A stretch of DNA of 62,736 nucleotides, filler included, from Candidatus Zapsychrus exili (GTDB lineage Bacteria; Omnitrophota; Gorgyraeia; Zapsychrales; Zapsychraceae): assembly GCA_030765585.1 (NCBI GenBank). It is 6 parts of 6 records of this genome, joined end to end, with 100 filler letters (N's around TTAATTAATTAA, not from the genome) between each part and the next. Parts side by side here need not be neighbours in the genome. Positions count along the whole stretch, not along the records: positions 39,517 to 46,148 come from JAVCCJ010000055.1; positions 46,249 to 51,859 come from JAVCCJ010000016.1; 4 more parts are not named here. The stretch is one strand, 5' to 3'. The notes beneath the pieces were generated by a model. It was not told where the DNA came from and did not search any database. It was given only the letters and a program-made list of their open reading frames with translations. Positions 39,657 to 49,577 of the stretch are shown in pieces. Each line of letters opens with the position of its first letter. Within the stretch, counting starts at the first letter, position 1. The position numbers and the translations under genes are program-made.

Positions 39657-40483
39657 TTTGCTATCTCCTTCTTTAGTATTTTTTCTGCAATTTCATCCAG
39701 AATTTTAGCACCACTTCTATCTTTATTAAACTGAATGAATGGTTTGCCAGAGTCTCCTGATTTAATCATCAAAGGCTCAAGTGGAATCCGTCCTAAAAAT
39801 GGAACTTTTAAATCTTTAGAAGCCTTTTCACCACCTCCTATCCCAAATAAATCTACTTCTTTTCCGCAGTGAGGACATACAAAACCACTCATATTCTCAA
39901 TTATTCCTGTAACCGGCACTTTTAACTGTTCAGCAAATAACACACTCTTCCTGGAATCTAAAATAGCTACATCTTGTGGGGTTGTAACCACTATAGCCCC
40001 AGCCATATCAGGTATAAGCTGACATATACTTAGAGGTTCATCTCCTGTACCAGGAGGCGAATCAATAATTAAATAATCCAGTTCTCCCCAATTAACATCA
40101 CTTAAAAACTGTTTTATAGCTATCATCTTGAGGGGGCCTCGCCAAATAACCGGCTGATCCGGGTTGTATCCAATTAAGGCTAGACTAATTGCCTTTAAAT
40201 TAGGCAACACTCTTGCAGGTTCTATCCCTAAATCAGAATTCATCAGTTTTACATCTTCAATGCCTAACATCTTAGCAATATTTGGGCCATGAAGATCTAT
40301 ATCCAATATACCGGTTTTATATCCTTTAATGGCTAACCCATATGCTAGATTAACAGAAACTGTAGTCTTACCAACTCCGCCTTTTCCACTTATGACAACC
40401 AACTTGTTTTTTATCTTAGAGAGGTTCTCTTTAAGACGTTTTTCTTGTTGCAACTGTTGTTCTTTTTCTTGCTGTGTCTGCAT
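39653..40483 (-). CDS. mrp: Mrp/NBP35 Fe-S carrier ATPase
   Basis: [29 protein letters not shown]. Confidence 0.95.
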   Translation of the reverse strand: MQTQQEKEQQLQQEKRLKENLSKIKNKLVVISGKGGVGKTTVSVNLAYGLAIKGYKTGILDIDLHGPNIAKMLGIEDVKLMNSDLGIEPARVLPNLKAISLALIGYNPDQPVIWRGPLKMIAIKQFLSDVNWGELDYLIIDSPPGTGDEPLSICQLIPDMAGAIVVTTPQDVAILDSRKSVLFAEQLKVPVTGIIENMSGFVCPHCGKEVDLFGIGGGEKASKDLKVPFLGRIPLEPLMIKSGDSGKPFIQFNKDRSGAKILDEIAEKILKKEIAK

Positions 40484-40503
40484 AAATTAGCCTCCTTTTA
40501 TAT

Positions 40504-41139
40504 TTACTGTTGTATTTTCTTCTTACCCACTAAAATCCAATGATGCTTTTCTTTATACTCTTCTATTTCATAACCCGAACTATTAAAATAAGCATAAATA
40601 TAGTCCTTACTAACTCCGGCATTTTCATGCATGTGCCCTTCATTTCTGTGTACACTGCCTATGATCTTCATCCCTTGTTTATTAAAATCAGCTATTACGA
40701 GTTTGCCATTTGGACATAATACCCTGTCAATCTGAAAGAGAATATTGTCGACTTCTTCTGTGTGATGGAAGAAATTTACTATAACAATTGTATGAAAACT
40801 TTTATCTTTAAAAGATAACAATCGTGCATCCATATTATAAAATACTACGTTAGAAAGTAGTTTCTCATAAGCAAGATTTAAAAATGCTTTCTTTAAAGAT
40901 TCTTTGTTATTATCTATTGAGATAAATTTATAACCTCCCTTTGCCAAAGCCAATGCTGTATAACCATTGCCAGAGCCAATTTCTAAAATTTTATTTTTTA
41001 TGGGTTGTGCCTTTTGTAAAATAAAATCTCCGGTATTTACAAAATTAACCCCAAATTTTTTATATAGTTCAACTCGTCCTTTAAAATGTTTGTGATTCTC
41101 TGCTATCTCTCTCTGTGTGACATTTGGTATATACTTCAT
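40504..41139 (-). CDS. Class I SAM-dependent methyltransferase
   Basis: LEIGSGNG; RVLCPNGKLVIAD. Confidence 0.88.
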   Translation of the reverse strand: MKYIPNVTQREIAENHKHFKGRVELYKKFGVNFVNTGDFILQKAQPIKNKILEIGSGNGYTALALAKGGYKFISIDNNKESLKKAFLNLAYEKLLSNVVFYNMDARLLSFKDKSFHTIVIVNFFHHTEEVDNILFQIDRVLCPNGKLVIADFNKQGMKIIGSVHRNEGHMHENAGVSKDYIYAYFNSSGYEIEEYKEKHHWILVGKKKIQQ

Positions 41140-41996
41140 GATAATTTTTCCTTTAATCTATCCCAGATTTTACAAATCTCTTCTTTCGACCTTCCCTCCG
41201 GATATTCTATAATTGTCTTTCCCTTTACCATCGCATCTACAATGGACTTATCAAAACCTATCTTGCCTAACATCTCCACATTATTATCGTGACAATATTT
41301 TTCTATTTTTTCTGTCATTTCCTTATTCAAATCATATTTATTCACAACTAATTTGACCAAAATACCAAAATGTCTCATAACTTTGATAACCCTATCCGCA
41401 TCGTGTAATCCTGACAAGGTTGGCTCAGTTATAACTAAGGCACAATCTACTCCTGAAATAGAAGCAATAACAGGGCAGCCTATACCTGGAGCACCATCTA
41501 TAATTACAAGATCTGCTTTATTCTGTTCGGCAATTTCTTTTGCCTTTTTTCTCACTAATGTTACAAGCTTTCCTGAATTTTCTTCTGCTATTCCGAGCTT
41601 TGCATGAACCATTGGCCCAAATCTTGTCTCAGAAACAAACCACTCACCTGCTGTATTCTCTTCCATCTTTATTGAATCGGTCGGACAAATATGACTGCAA
41701 AAAGCACAGCCTTCACAGGAAACAGGGTCTACTACAAAATCGTCGCTTATAGCGGAAAATCTACATATAGATACACATTTTCCGCATTCAATACATAGCT
41801 TTCTATCTATAAAAGCAGTCTTGCCACTTTTAAATTCATACCTTTCTTTTACATCTGGTTTTAATAAAAGATGTAAATCTGCAGCATCGACATCACAATC
41901 TGCCATCACCTTATTTTCAGCTAATGCTGCAAAGGCACCCGTAATCACGGTTTTGCCCGTTCCGCCTTTTCCGCTTATAACAACAATTTGTTTCAT
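41136..41996 (-). CDS. MinD-superfamily ATPase with inserted 2x[4Fe-4S] domain
   Basis: SGKGGTGKT, DCDVD, CIECGKC/CEGCAFC, DGAPGIGCP; ATG 41996. Confidence 0.92.
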   Translation of the reverse strand: MKQIVVISGKGGTGKTVITGAFAALAENKVMADCDVDAADLHLLLKPDVKERYEFKSGKTAFIDRKLCIECGKCVSICRFSAISDDFVVDPVSCEGCAFCSHICPTDSIKMEENTAGEWFVSETRFGPMVHAKLGIAEENSGKLVTLVRKKAKEIAEQNKADLVIIDGAPGIGCPVIASISGVDCALVITEPTLSGLHDADRVIKVMRHFGILVKLVVNKYDLNKEMTEKIEKYCHDNNVEMLGKIGFDKSIVDAMVKGKTIIEYPEGRSKEEICKIWDRLKEKLS

Positions 41997-42021
41997 GCTA
42001 GCCCTTTCTTGAAATTTAATC

Positions 42022-43386
42022 CTATAAGCATAATCTACCCGAAACATCCTGAGCAGCTAATGCAAGAGGATATACTGTTGGTGCGCTAGTTAAATAAGGA
42101 TGAGTGGCCATTTGTAATGTTTCTAATTCCGTAAAAGACATTCTCTTTTGAATAGCAACTCCTATAATATTTACTATTTCACCGCAAGATATTCCTCCAG
42201 CAACTTGACCTCCCAGTAAAATGCCTGATTGTTTTGAAAAAATCAATTTGACCTTTATGTTACTTGCGCCAGGTAAAGTTGCAGGGTGTTTATCTTTTCC
42301 GCTAACCTCACCGATTCCAATTTCAAAACCTTCTTTCTTAGCAATATTCTCTGTAAGACCAGCTGAACCCAATACTAATCCATCAATATATGTAGAATAA
42401 ATAGCAATGGTCCCCTTGTTTTCACGTATTACTTTTAATTTATAAAGATTAGCTCCGGCAATTCTTGCCTCAGCAGTAGCTGTTGAAGCAAGCATAACAG
42501 ATGTATTTTTGCGTGTATAAAAATCTATTTTACAAACACAATCTCCTACTGCAAAAATATCAGGATCAACTGTTCTCATATACTCATCTGCCCATATGCC
42601 TTTACCTCTACCTATATCTAAACCAGCCTCCTGGGCTAATTTTGTATCAGGATAAGCTCCTATCCCTAAAATAACAGCTTCTATTGCAAGTTCTTTGTTA
42701 TTTGATAATTTAACTTTATTAATTTTTTCATTTCCACAAAATTCTTCAACACGGGTATTAGTTAATATCTTTACCCCTTTTGATTTTAATTTCTCTTCAG
42801 CCAGTTTTGAAAATTCTGAATCAAAAGAATTTGCCAATAAATTAGGGAGAAGCTCTACTAAAAATACATTTAATCCCTCTATCTCAGAAAGTTCATCAGC
42901 AAATTCAATGCCAATAAACCCGCCCCCTATTATTAAAACATTTTTTGCTTTTTTAATCTCTGCCATTGCATTTTTTAGATAATCCATATTTTTATATATA
43001 AGATAAATTCCTTTTTTATCGCTACCTGCAATGGAAGGTAAAATTGGAGCTGAGCCTACAGCAAGAATTAATTTTTCATAACAATATCTTTTGTTATTTT
43101 TTGTCTCAATTACCTTGTTATTGCGATCTATTTTTATTGCTTTGTCTACCACGACTTCAATACCTTTTTTTTCTAATGCCTCTGTACCTAATTTATTCTC
43201 ATCGGGCGCATTGAGGCTCTTGATCATATAAGGAATTCCACAGGGAATTACTCCGTTTTCTATATCCTTTATAAGTAAAATATTTTTATCTGTATAATAT
43301 TTTTTAGCAGTTGCGGCACTCACTATTCCTGCAGGGCCACCGCCTACTATTAGAATATCAGTTTTTTGCTCCACTAAATCCTCCAA
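42022..43386 (-). CDS. FAD-dependent pyridine nucleotide-disulfide oxidoreductase (CoA-disulfide reductase/NADH oxidase type)
   Basis: GGGPAG, PCGIPY, GGGFIG.E, FAVGDC; dimerisation domain. Confidence 0.9.
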   Translation of the reverse strand: MEDLVEQKTDILIVGGGPAGIVSAATAKKYYTDKNILLIKDIENGVIPCGIPYMIKSLNAPDENKLGTEALEKKGIEVVVDKAIKIDRNNKVIETKNNKRYCYEKLILAVGSAPILPSIAGSDKKGIYLIYKNMDYLKNAMAEIKKAKNVLIIGGGFIGIEFADELSEIEGLNVFLVELLPNLLANSFDSEFSKLAEEKLKSKGVKILTNTRVEEFCGNEKINKVKLSNNKELAIEAVILGIGAYPDTKLAQEAGLDIGRGKGIWADEYMRTVDPDIFAVGDCVCKIDFYTRKNTSVMLASTATAEARIAGANLYKLKVIRENKGTIAIYSTYIDGLVLGSAGLTENIAKKEGFEIGIGEVSGKDKHPATLPGASNIKVKLIFSKQSGILLGGQVAGGISCGEIVNIIGVAIQKRMSFTELETLQMATHPYLTSAPTVYPLALAAQDVSGRLCL

Positions 43387-44209
43387 TTTTTTTGATCATT
43401 TTAAACAACTCACTAAATTGATGACGGCATTCAGGAAATGCCTCGACAATTGTTTCACCTTTTGAATAAGCCATGGCTATTTCTTTCTTAAACGGAATCT
43501 CCATAAGTATCGGTATATTATTTTTTTTGCAATAATCATGTGTATCTTTATTGCCAAGATCTGAGCGATTAATAACAACGCCAAAAGGTATCTTAAGCTT
43601 TCTCAAGACTTCAACTGCTAATACTAAATCATTGAGTCCAAACGGTGTAGGCTCAGTAACAAGGACGCAAAAATCACTGTTTTTTATTGACGCAATAACA
43701 GGACAAGATGTCCCTGGAGGGGCATCAATTATAACTGTTCTGGTTAAATTCGAATGCTCCTTAACAGCCCTTATGAGAGGAGGAGACATGGCTTCTCCTA
43801 TATTTAATCTACCATGCCCAAACTGTAAATCATCCTTAGTGCCTATCTCCACAAAGCCTATTTCTCTGTTAACTTCTTTTATTGCATTTTGAGGACAAAG
43901 ATTGCTACACGCACCGCAACCATGGCAAAGTTCTGGAAAAACCAAGACATTATCATTTAATACAGCAATTGCATTGTATTCGCAAACCTCTGCGCACCTG
44001 CCGCAATAATTACACTTACTCTCATCAACCTTAGGAATAGGTATAGGTACAGAAAACTTAGCATCTATTTCTGGCTTTATAAAAATATGTGAATTAGGTT
44101 CTTCAACATCGCAATCTAAAAGTTGAACATTTGGAATAGACAGAGATAAGTTAACTGCAATTGTTGTTTTGCCTGTTCCGCCTTTACCGCTTGCAATTGA
44201 TATAATCAT
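43358..44209 (-). CDS. Second MinD-superfamily ATPase with 2x[4Fe-4S] domain
   Basis: SGKGGTGKT, DCDVEEPN, CNYCGRC/CHGCGAC, PPGTSCP. Confidence 0.92.
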   Translation of the reverse strand: MIISIASGKGGTGKTTIAVNLSLSIPNVQLLDCDVEEPNSHIFIKPEIDAKFSVPIPIPKVDESKCNYCGRCAEVCEYNAIAVLNDNVLVFPELCHGCGACSNLCPQNAIKEVNREIGFVEIGTKDDLQFGHGRLNIGEAMSPPLIRAVKEHSNLTRTVIIDAPPGTSCPVIASIKNSDFCVLVTEPTPFGLNDLVLAVEVLRKLKIPFGVVINRSDLGNKDTHDYCKKNNIPILMEIPFKKEIAMAYSKGETIVEAFPECRHQFSELFKMIKKIGGFSGAKN

Positions 44210-44210
44210 T

Positions 44211-44435
44211 TTATCCTCGCAGCATCTTTGTCCCGCATTTAGGGCAATTCATATTGTAACAAGGAACGCCCACTTTATGTGGTGTACTCAAATTGCAGTT
44301 TGGGCATACACACGCTCCACTAGGTCCTGCACCTGGACGATTACCACCCATTCTACCTCTTCCGCCACCTCTCCCCATACGACGACCTGTTCCTGGACCT
44401 TGTCCTAAAGGACCTGTTCCGTCTCCGAATGGCAT
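44211..44435 (-). CDS. Small Gly/Arg-rich DUF5320-like protein with CxCPxC...C....CPxC finger
   Basis: MPFGDGTGP.G.GP..GR; CVCPNC, CPKC. Confidence 0.8.
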   Translation of the reverse strand: MPFGDGTGPLGQGPGTGRRMGRGGGRGRMGGNRPGAGPSGACVCPNCNLSTPHKVGVPCYNMNCPKCGTKMLRG

Positions 44436-44450
44436 ATCAATCACCCCCCC

Positions 44451-44624
44451 CTACTTCTGTAAAGACAATGCCTCACTTGGGCATTCGCTTAGACAAGCGC
44501 CACATTCTACGCATTCATCATTTACAACTGCTTTATCTTTTTCAATCTTTATTGCCTGAGCTGGGCAAATATCTACACAACTTCCACAGCCAGTGCACTT
44601 TTTTAAATTAACCTTTACTGACAT
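44451..44624 (-). CDS. 2x[4Fe-4S] ferredoxin (57 aa; below ORF-track cutoff)
   Basis: MSVKVNLKKCTGCGSCVDICPAQAIKIEKDKAVVNDECVECGACLSECPSEALSLQK; GAGGTG SD. Confidence 0.92.
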   Translation of the reverse strand: MSVKVNLKKCTGCGSCVDICPAQAIKIEKDKAVVNDECVECGACLSECPSEALSLQK

Positions 44625-44639
44625 TTCTGCTCACCTCTA

Positions 44640-45014
44640 TTATTTATTTGGTGGCATACCAAACTTCGAGTTAACGCTAGGACCTTGCGTTGGGTTTAAT
44701 TCACCTTTTTTGTATTTCTCAATGGCTTCTTTTACCGAACCTGATACTCCTGTAACAACATCAACCTTTGCTGCCTGCAATGTCTGGAATGCATTAGGTC
44801 CTACATTTCCTGTTAGAACAGCTTTTGCACCTTTACTTGATACCAGTTGCCCTGATTGAATACCTGCTCCTCCTGAACTTTCAATATTAGGATTCTCTAT
44901 TGCCTCAAACTCTGAATTATCCGTATTAGCGATAAGAAAATACTGACATCTGCCAAATCTCGGATCAATCTTAGAATCCAATGTATTACCCTGTGACGTT
45001 ATGCATATTTTCAT
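44640..45014 (-). CDS. NifB/NifX-family cluster-binding protein
   Basis: IDPRFGRC.YF; GAGIQ; TGNVGPNAF; ATG 45014. Confidence 0.92.
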   Translation of the reverse strand: MKICITSQGNTLDSKIDPRFGRCQYFLIANTDNSEFEAIENPNIESSGGAGIQSGQLVSSKGAKAVLTGNVGPNAFQTLQAAKVDVVTGVSGSVKEAIEKYKKGELNPTQGPSVNSKFGMPPNK

Positions 45015-45015
45015 G

Positions 45016-45408
45016 TCAACACTCCTTCTCTTCTGGATGGTCACAAACAGTCTTGTCCAAGCCATAGCCTTTGCCTGCGCCAGGTTTACAAAGACTTTCG
45101 CCACCCTGAAGCGTATTGTTTTTAATCTTTCCTATCACCTCATCTATTTTACCGCTCACTCCAACTATTGCCTTTATGCCTATTTCATTAAAAATTCCTG
45201 TTGCCCTCATGCCCATTCCGCCAGCTACTATGCACTCAACTCCTTTTGAATGCAGAAATTGTGGTATAGCTCCTGGCTGATGACCTGGGTTCGGCACTAC
45301 TTCCTTGTTTTTTACATCTTTGCCATCAATATCAAGGATTGTAAATTCCGGGCATCTTCCAAAATGAGCTGAAACAAAACCTCCATCTGTAGATATTGCT
45401 ATTTTCAT
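45016..45408 (-). CDS. NifB/NifX-family cluster-binding protein
   Basis: VSAHFGRC.EF; GGMG.RA. Confidence 0.92.
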   Translation of the reverse strand: MKIAISTDGGFVSAHFGRCPEFTILDIDGKDVKNKEVVPNPGHQPGAIPQFLHSKGVECIVAGGMGMRATGIFNEIGIKAIVGVSGKIDEVIGKIKNNTLQGGESLCKPGAGKGYGLDKTVCDHPEEKEC

Positions 45409-45480
45409 AAGTTTTCCTCCTAAATGTCTGTTCTCGGTTCAGACTAATCAAAATAGTGCCCTGACCGAGCATCAAAAATG

Positions 45481-45843
45481 TTATTCCTGTTTTCCTGCTG
45501 ACTCAAGGGTCTTGATACGATCCTGGACATCCTGTAACTGCTGTTTCAACAACTTTGACTCTTCCTTTAATATACCCATCTCCTCTTTAGCTGTAGGTTC
45601 AGGATCACATGCTGGGCCATAATACGGTGTACCATAAACATAAGGATATGCTCCTCGCCAGCCACTGCCAAAGCCTCTGCCTCCACCATGCCCACGACCT
45701 CTACCCAATCTTCGGCCAAATCCAAACAGGCCTCCACCTCTTGGATTCATGTAGCCTGGAACAGAATGACCAGCACAGTACCCTTCACCTCTCCCTGTCC
45801 TTGGACCTAGACCCTGAGGACCAGTTCTATCTCCTGTTGGCAT
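45481..45843 (-). CDS. DUF5320 family protein
   Basis: MPTGDRTGPQGLGPRTGRG.GYC; C-terminal coiled coil. Confidence 0.88.
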   Translation of the reverse strand: MPTGDRTGPQGLGPRTGRGEGYCAGHSVPGYMNPRGGGLFGFGRRLGRGRGHGGGRGFGSGWRGAYPYVYGTPYYGPACDPEPTAKEEMGILKEESKLLKQQLQDVQDRIKTLESAGKQE

Positions 45844-45868
45844 AACTAACACCCCCTCTCTTATTACT

Positions 45869-45887
45869 ATTGAAACCCATTGTCATT
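45869..45887. promoter_or_regulatory. Possible Fur-family box
   Basis: ATTGAAACCCATTGTCATT, imperfect TGA(A/C)A..T(G/T)TCA palindrome between fur-like gene and DUF5320 gene. Confidence 0.4.
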
Positions 45888-45904
45888 AACAACGAAAAAA
45901 AATA

Positions 45905-46148
45905 TTATTTCTTTTTACATTCACTACATAATCCATAAAACTGGATAAGGTGATTTGTGATCTTAAAATCATACTTCTTGGAAAGACCCTTCTCTGTCTG
46001 ATTAAGCAACTCTACCTCTTCATCAATAAAATCTGTATAATCAACAACCCTACCACAGCTTGTGCAAACCAAATGATGGTGATGCCTAGCGCCTTTTGGG
46101 CCTTCTGATAACTCATATCGTGCTCTCCCATCACCAAAATCAAACTTA
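45905..46148 (-). CDS. Fur-family regulator, 5'-truncated; missing from ORF track
   Basis: FDFGDGRARYEL...HHHHLVCTSCGRV...FYGLCSEC. Confidence 0.9.
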
Positions 46149-46248
46149 NNNNNNNNNNNNNNNNNNNNNNNNNNNNNNNNNNNNNNNNNNNNTTAATTAA
46201 TTAANNNNNNNNNNNNNNNNNNNNNNNNNNNNNNNNNNNNNNNNNNNN
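46149..46248. other. Artificial contig spacer
   Basis: N-TTAATTAATTAA-N. Confidence 0.98.
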
Positions 46249-46949
46249 AAGCCCTCCACGATATAACCTTAGATGTTTTTGAAGGAGAATCGATCGGGAT
46301 TATCGGACCTAATGGTGCAGGTAAGTCGACTTTGTTACTTCATCTAAACGGGATTTTAAAAGGGAATAGTCATATCAGAATATTTGATATAGAGGTAAAT
46401 GATAAGAATTTAACTCATATTAGGAGTAAAGTAGGATTGGTTTTTCAGGATCCAGACAATCAACTTTTTATGCCGACGGTTTTTGATGATGTTGCTTTCG
46501 GTCCTATTAATATGTTATTGCCAAAAAATGAAGTGAAATTATCCGTGGAAGGGTCTTTAAAAGAAGTCGATATGCTTGGTTCTATTGGCCGGGCATCACA
46601 TCATTTAAGTTTTGGCGAGAAAAAAAGAGTTTCTATTGCGACTGTTTTATCAATGAAACCCGAGATAATGGCATTAGATGAGCCAACGAGTAATCTGGAT
46701 CCTAAGGCAAGATACGAGCTTATACGATTCTTAAAAAGTATTGATAAGACAAAAATTATTGTCTCGCATGATTTAGATATGATTTTAGATATATGTAACC
46801 GTGTCGTTATATTAGATAAAGGGGTAATCGTAGCAGACGGGAACACAAAGGCAATCCTATCTAATGCACCTTTATTAGAAAATCACAATTTATTTTTACC
46901 ACTTTGTCTCAAAAATTCTAAAAAAAAAGAGCTTATTATTAACAAATAA
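46249..46949 (+). CDS. cbiO: ECF transporter ATPase (CbiO/NikO-like), 5'-truncated
   Basis: GPNGAGKST upstream of ORF-track start; VFQDPDNQLF..V.DDVAFGP; LSFGEKKR. Confidence 0.85.
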
Positions 46950-47006
46950 AAGGATGGACTATTTTTACAAATTTAGTATAATATGTTTGAAGAAAGGGTA
47001 ATTTAG

Positions 47007-47300
47007 ATGCTTGTTTCGAAAAGTAATTATTTTAAAAGCATACTGCTTTTCATAGTCATTATTTTCATATTTCTGTCTATTGGGACAGAGTTTTTACATA
47101 ATCACAGCGATTCAGAATTTCATAATGATTGCCCTGCGTGTATTTGGCTGATTAATTTAGTATTTATCTTTTCTTTTTTCCTTGTTCTCCCTGGCGCATT
47201 TTTGCGTTTCGAACATTTTTCTTTAAATGTCCGGCAGATTTTCATAAGTAAATCCTACCAAGCTTTTCAACGTCTTCGTTCTCCACCAATTTTAATTTAA
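47007..47300 (+). CDS. DUF2946-like His/Cys leader protein with C-terminal RSPP
   Basis: TM-HNHSDSEFHNDCPAC-TM...RSPPILI*. Confidence 0.7.
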   Translation: MLVSKSNYFKSILLFIVIIFIFLSIGTEFLHNHSDSEFHNDCPACIWLINLVFIFSFFLVLPGAFLRFEHFSLNVRQIFISKSYQAFQRLRSPPILI

Positions 47301-47369
47301 CCAATAAATTACCAATCTCTTCCAAGTTTCACTTTTATTTATTTTAATTAAAAAAGAGGAGAAGAATCG

Positions 47370-48638
47370 ATGAGAAGAATTTTGATATTTCTATTTGTTA
47401 CTTTTACTTTTTGCCCTTATCTATATGCCCAAGAGGGATTAGAGAGAAATGAAGAAGTAAAGAAGTTAAAAGAAGAAATGAAACAATTCCAAGCTCAATT
47501 TGAGCAAAAGATTGACGAGATGAAAACACATTACGATGAAAAGATTAATAAGATGCAGGCAAAGATTGAACAGTTGGAAGAAGAAAAGGCAGCAGTAGAA
47601 ACAAAGCCATATGAAGTCGCCCAATTGCCACAGACCAGCTTAGGTAGGTATTTCCAAAGTTTCAATCCTGATGTTAGCTTGATAGGAGATTTTATCTATC
47701 ACGGGACAAATAAAAAGGACGATGAGGTCTATAACCAGTTTAAGATGCGTCAGGCAGAACTGGCTTTTTCAGCTCCAGTTGATCCTTATAGCCGGGCTGA
47801 TTTTTTTATGCATATTGAGCCTAGTGGGAACGAGTGGAAAATTGGGCTTTGCGAAGGATATCTTACCCTTTTGGATTTGCCGCTTGATTTACAAGCAAAA
47901 GTGGGAAAGTTTAAAGCCAATTTCGGCAAGGTAAATAGGTTACATTTGCATTCGCTTCCTTGGGTTGATTATCCTAATATGCTTACAAACTTTCTTGGTG
48001 AAGAGGGGATGAGTAATCCTGGTATATCAGTAAGCACTTTAATTCCCAATCCGTGGGATCAATATGTAGAGTTGACATTAGAAGCGTTTAATAATCATAA
48101 CTCTACAAGTTTTGCCGGAACCGAAGGACGAGATATGATTTATTTAACCCACCTTAAGAACTTCTTTGAGATAAATGATGAGTCAGGCTTAGAGCTGGGT
48201 GGAAGCTTTGCTACAGGACCTAATGACGATGGTCATGGTAAGAACAGAACTAATCTTGAAGGCATCGATCTTACCTATAAATGGAGGCCTTTGAAAGAAG
48301 GGTTATATAAGTCTCTGACTTTTCAAAATGAGGCGCTTTTTAACCAAAAAGACCAAAGTGATGGTAGCCAAATAGATTCCTGGGGAGCATATTCTTCTTT
48401 AGAGTATCAATTTGCAAAGCGCTGGTCAACTTTTGGCAGGTATGATTTCTCGGAATTTTCAGATTATTCTAGTAGGCACGATAATGCTATCTCTACAGGT
48501 TTAACCTTTGCCCAAAGCGAATATTGTTTCTGGAGATTACATGTTAAACATACGGACCGGGATTACAATAAGGATATTAATGAAGTTTGGTTACAGTGTA
48601 ATTTTGGATTAGGGCCGCACAGAGCACATGAATATTGA
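47370..48638 (+). CDS. Outer-membrane beta-barrel associated with Zn/Mn ABC uptake, N-terminal coiled coil
   Basis: Signal peptide; NPDVSLIGD, E..F.A.VDPY, FGKVN.LHLH, C-terminal G.H.AH.Y. Confidence 0.8.
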   Translation: MRRILIFLFVTFTFCPYLYAQEGLERNEEVKKLKEEMKQFQAQFEQKIDEMKTHYDEKINKMQAKIEQLEEEKAAVETKPYEVAQLPQTSLGRYFQSFNPDVSLIGDFIYHGTNKKDDEVYNQFKMRQAELAFSAPVDPYSRADFFMHIEPSGNEWKIGLCEGYLTLLDLPLDLQAKVGKFKANFGKVNRLHLHSLPWVDYPNMLTNFLGEEGMSNPGISVSTLIPNPWDQYVELTLEAFNNHNSTSFAGTEGRDMIYLTHLKNFFEINDESGLELGGSFATGPNDDGHGKNRTNLEGIDLTYKWRPLKEGLYKSLTFQNEALFNQKDQSDGSQIDSWGAYSSLEYQFAKRWSTFGRYDFSEFSDYSSRHDNAISTGLTFAQSEYCFWRLHVKHTDRDYNKDINEVWLQCNFGLGPHRAHEY

Positions 48639-48650
48639 TAATAGAAGGAG

Positions 48651-49577
48651 ATGAAGATGAAAAGGATAATGTTCTTTATGATTTTTATGTTGAGTAATTT
48701 TATTACTGCAGATAGTTATGCAAATGATAAAATTCAGATTCTTACCACAACGACCGATCTTAAATCTATCGTGGAATTCATTGGCGGAGATAAAGTTAAA
48801 GTAGATAGCATTTGCAAAGGGTATCAAGATCCTCACTTTGTAGAGGCAATGCCTTCTTTTATGATAAAGGCGAAAAAGGCAGACCTTTTCATCCGCGTTG
48901 GCTTGGAATTAGAAATCGGCTATGAAGAATTGATCATTAATGGCTCGAGAAATCAGAAAATAAGAATTGGTCAACTAGGCCATCTCGATGCCTCCGAAGG
49001 GGTGAGTTTATTAGAAGTTCCTACTACTACCAAGATAGACCGCTCAATGGGAGATGTACACCCTATGGGCAATCCTCATTACTGGCTTGATCCTTTAAAT
49101 GTTAAGGTTATAGCCTCTAATATCGCTAATCGCTTAAGTGAAATTTCGCCAGAAGATGCCCTCTATTTTAAAAAGAATCTTTCAGAGTTCAATAAAAAGA
49201 TGGATGAGAAGCTCATTGAATGGAGGAAGAGATTAGTGCCATTTAAAGGAGAAAATATTGCTGTCTACCATCGCAGTTGGCCTTACTTTGTAAATAGATT
49301 TGGTCTGGTTGCCTCTTGTGAGCTCGAGCCAAAGCCCGGTATTCCACCTTCGTCCGGTCATTTAAAGGAAGTCATTGATAAAATAACCAAGGAAGACATC
49401 AAGGTAATCCTAATGGAAGTTTTCTATGATGAGAAACCTGCTAAATTTGTAGCTGAACAGAGCGGCGCTAAGGTAGTGGTAGTTCCCAATTCCGTAGGTG
49501 GCACAAAAGAGGCAAAAGATTACTTTAGTCTTATGGATATAATTGTAAAGAGATTGACTGAGGCATTAGAGCAATGA
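48651..49577 (+). CDS. Metal ABC substrate-binding protein (ZnuA-like)
   Basis: QDPHF, GDVHP.GNPHYWLDP, YH.SW.YF. Confidence 0.92.
   Translation: MKMKRIMFFMIFMLSNFITADSYANDKIQILTTTTDLKSIVEFIGGDKVKVDSICKGYQDPHFVEAMPSFMIKAKKADLFIRVGLELEIGYEELIINGSRNQKIRIGQLGHLDASEGVSLLEVPTTTKIDRSMGDVHPMGNPHYWLDPLNVKVIASNIANRLSEISPEDALYFKKNLSEFNKKMDEKLIEWRKRLVPFKGENIAVYHRSWPYFVNRFGLVASCELEPKPGIPPSSGHLKEVIDKITKEDIKVILMEVFYDEKPAKFVAEQSGAKVVVVPNSVGGTKEAKDYFSLMDIIVKRLTEALEQ

Noticed and set aside
44640..45408. Nitrogen fixation genes
   Set aside because: Stand-alone NifB/NifX domains in an orp-type context; no nifHDK in the window
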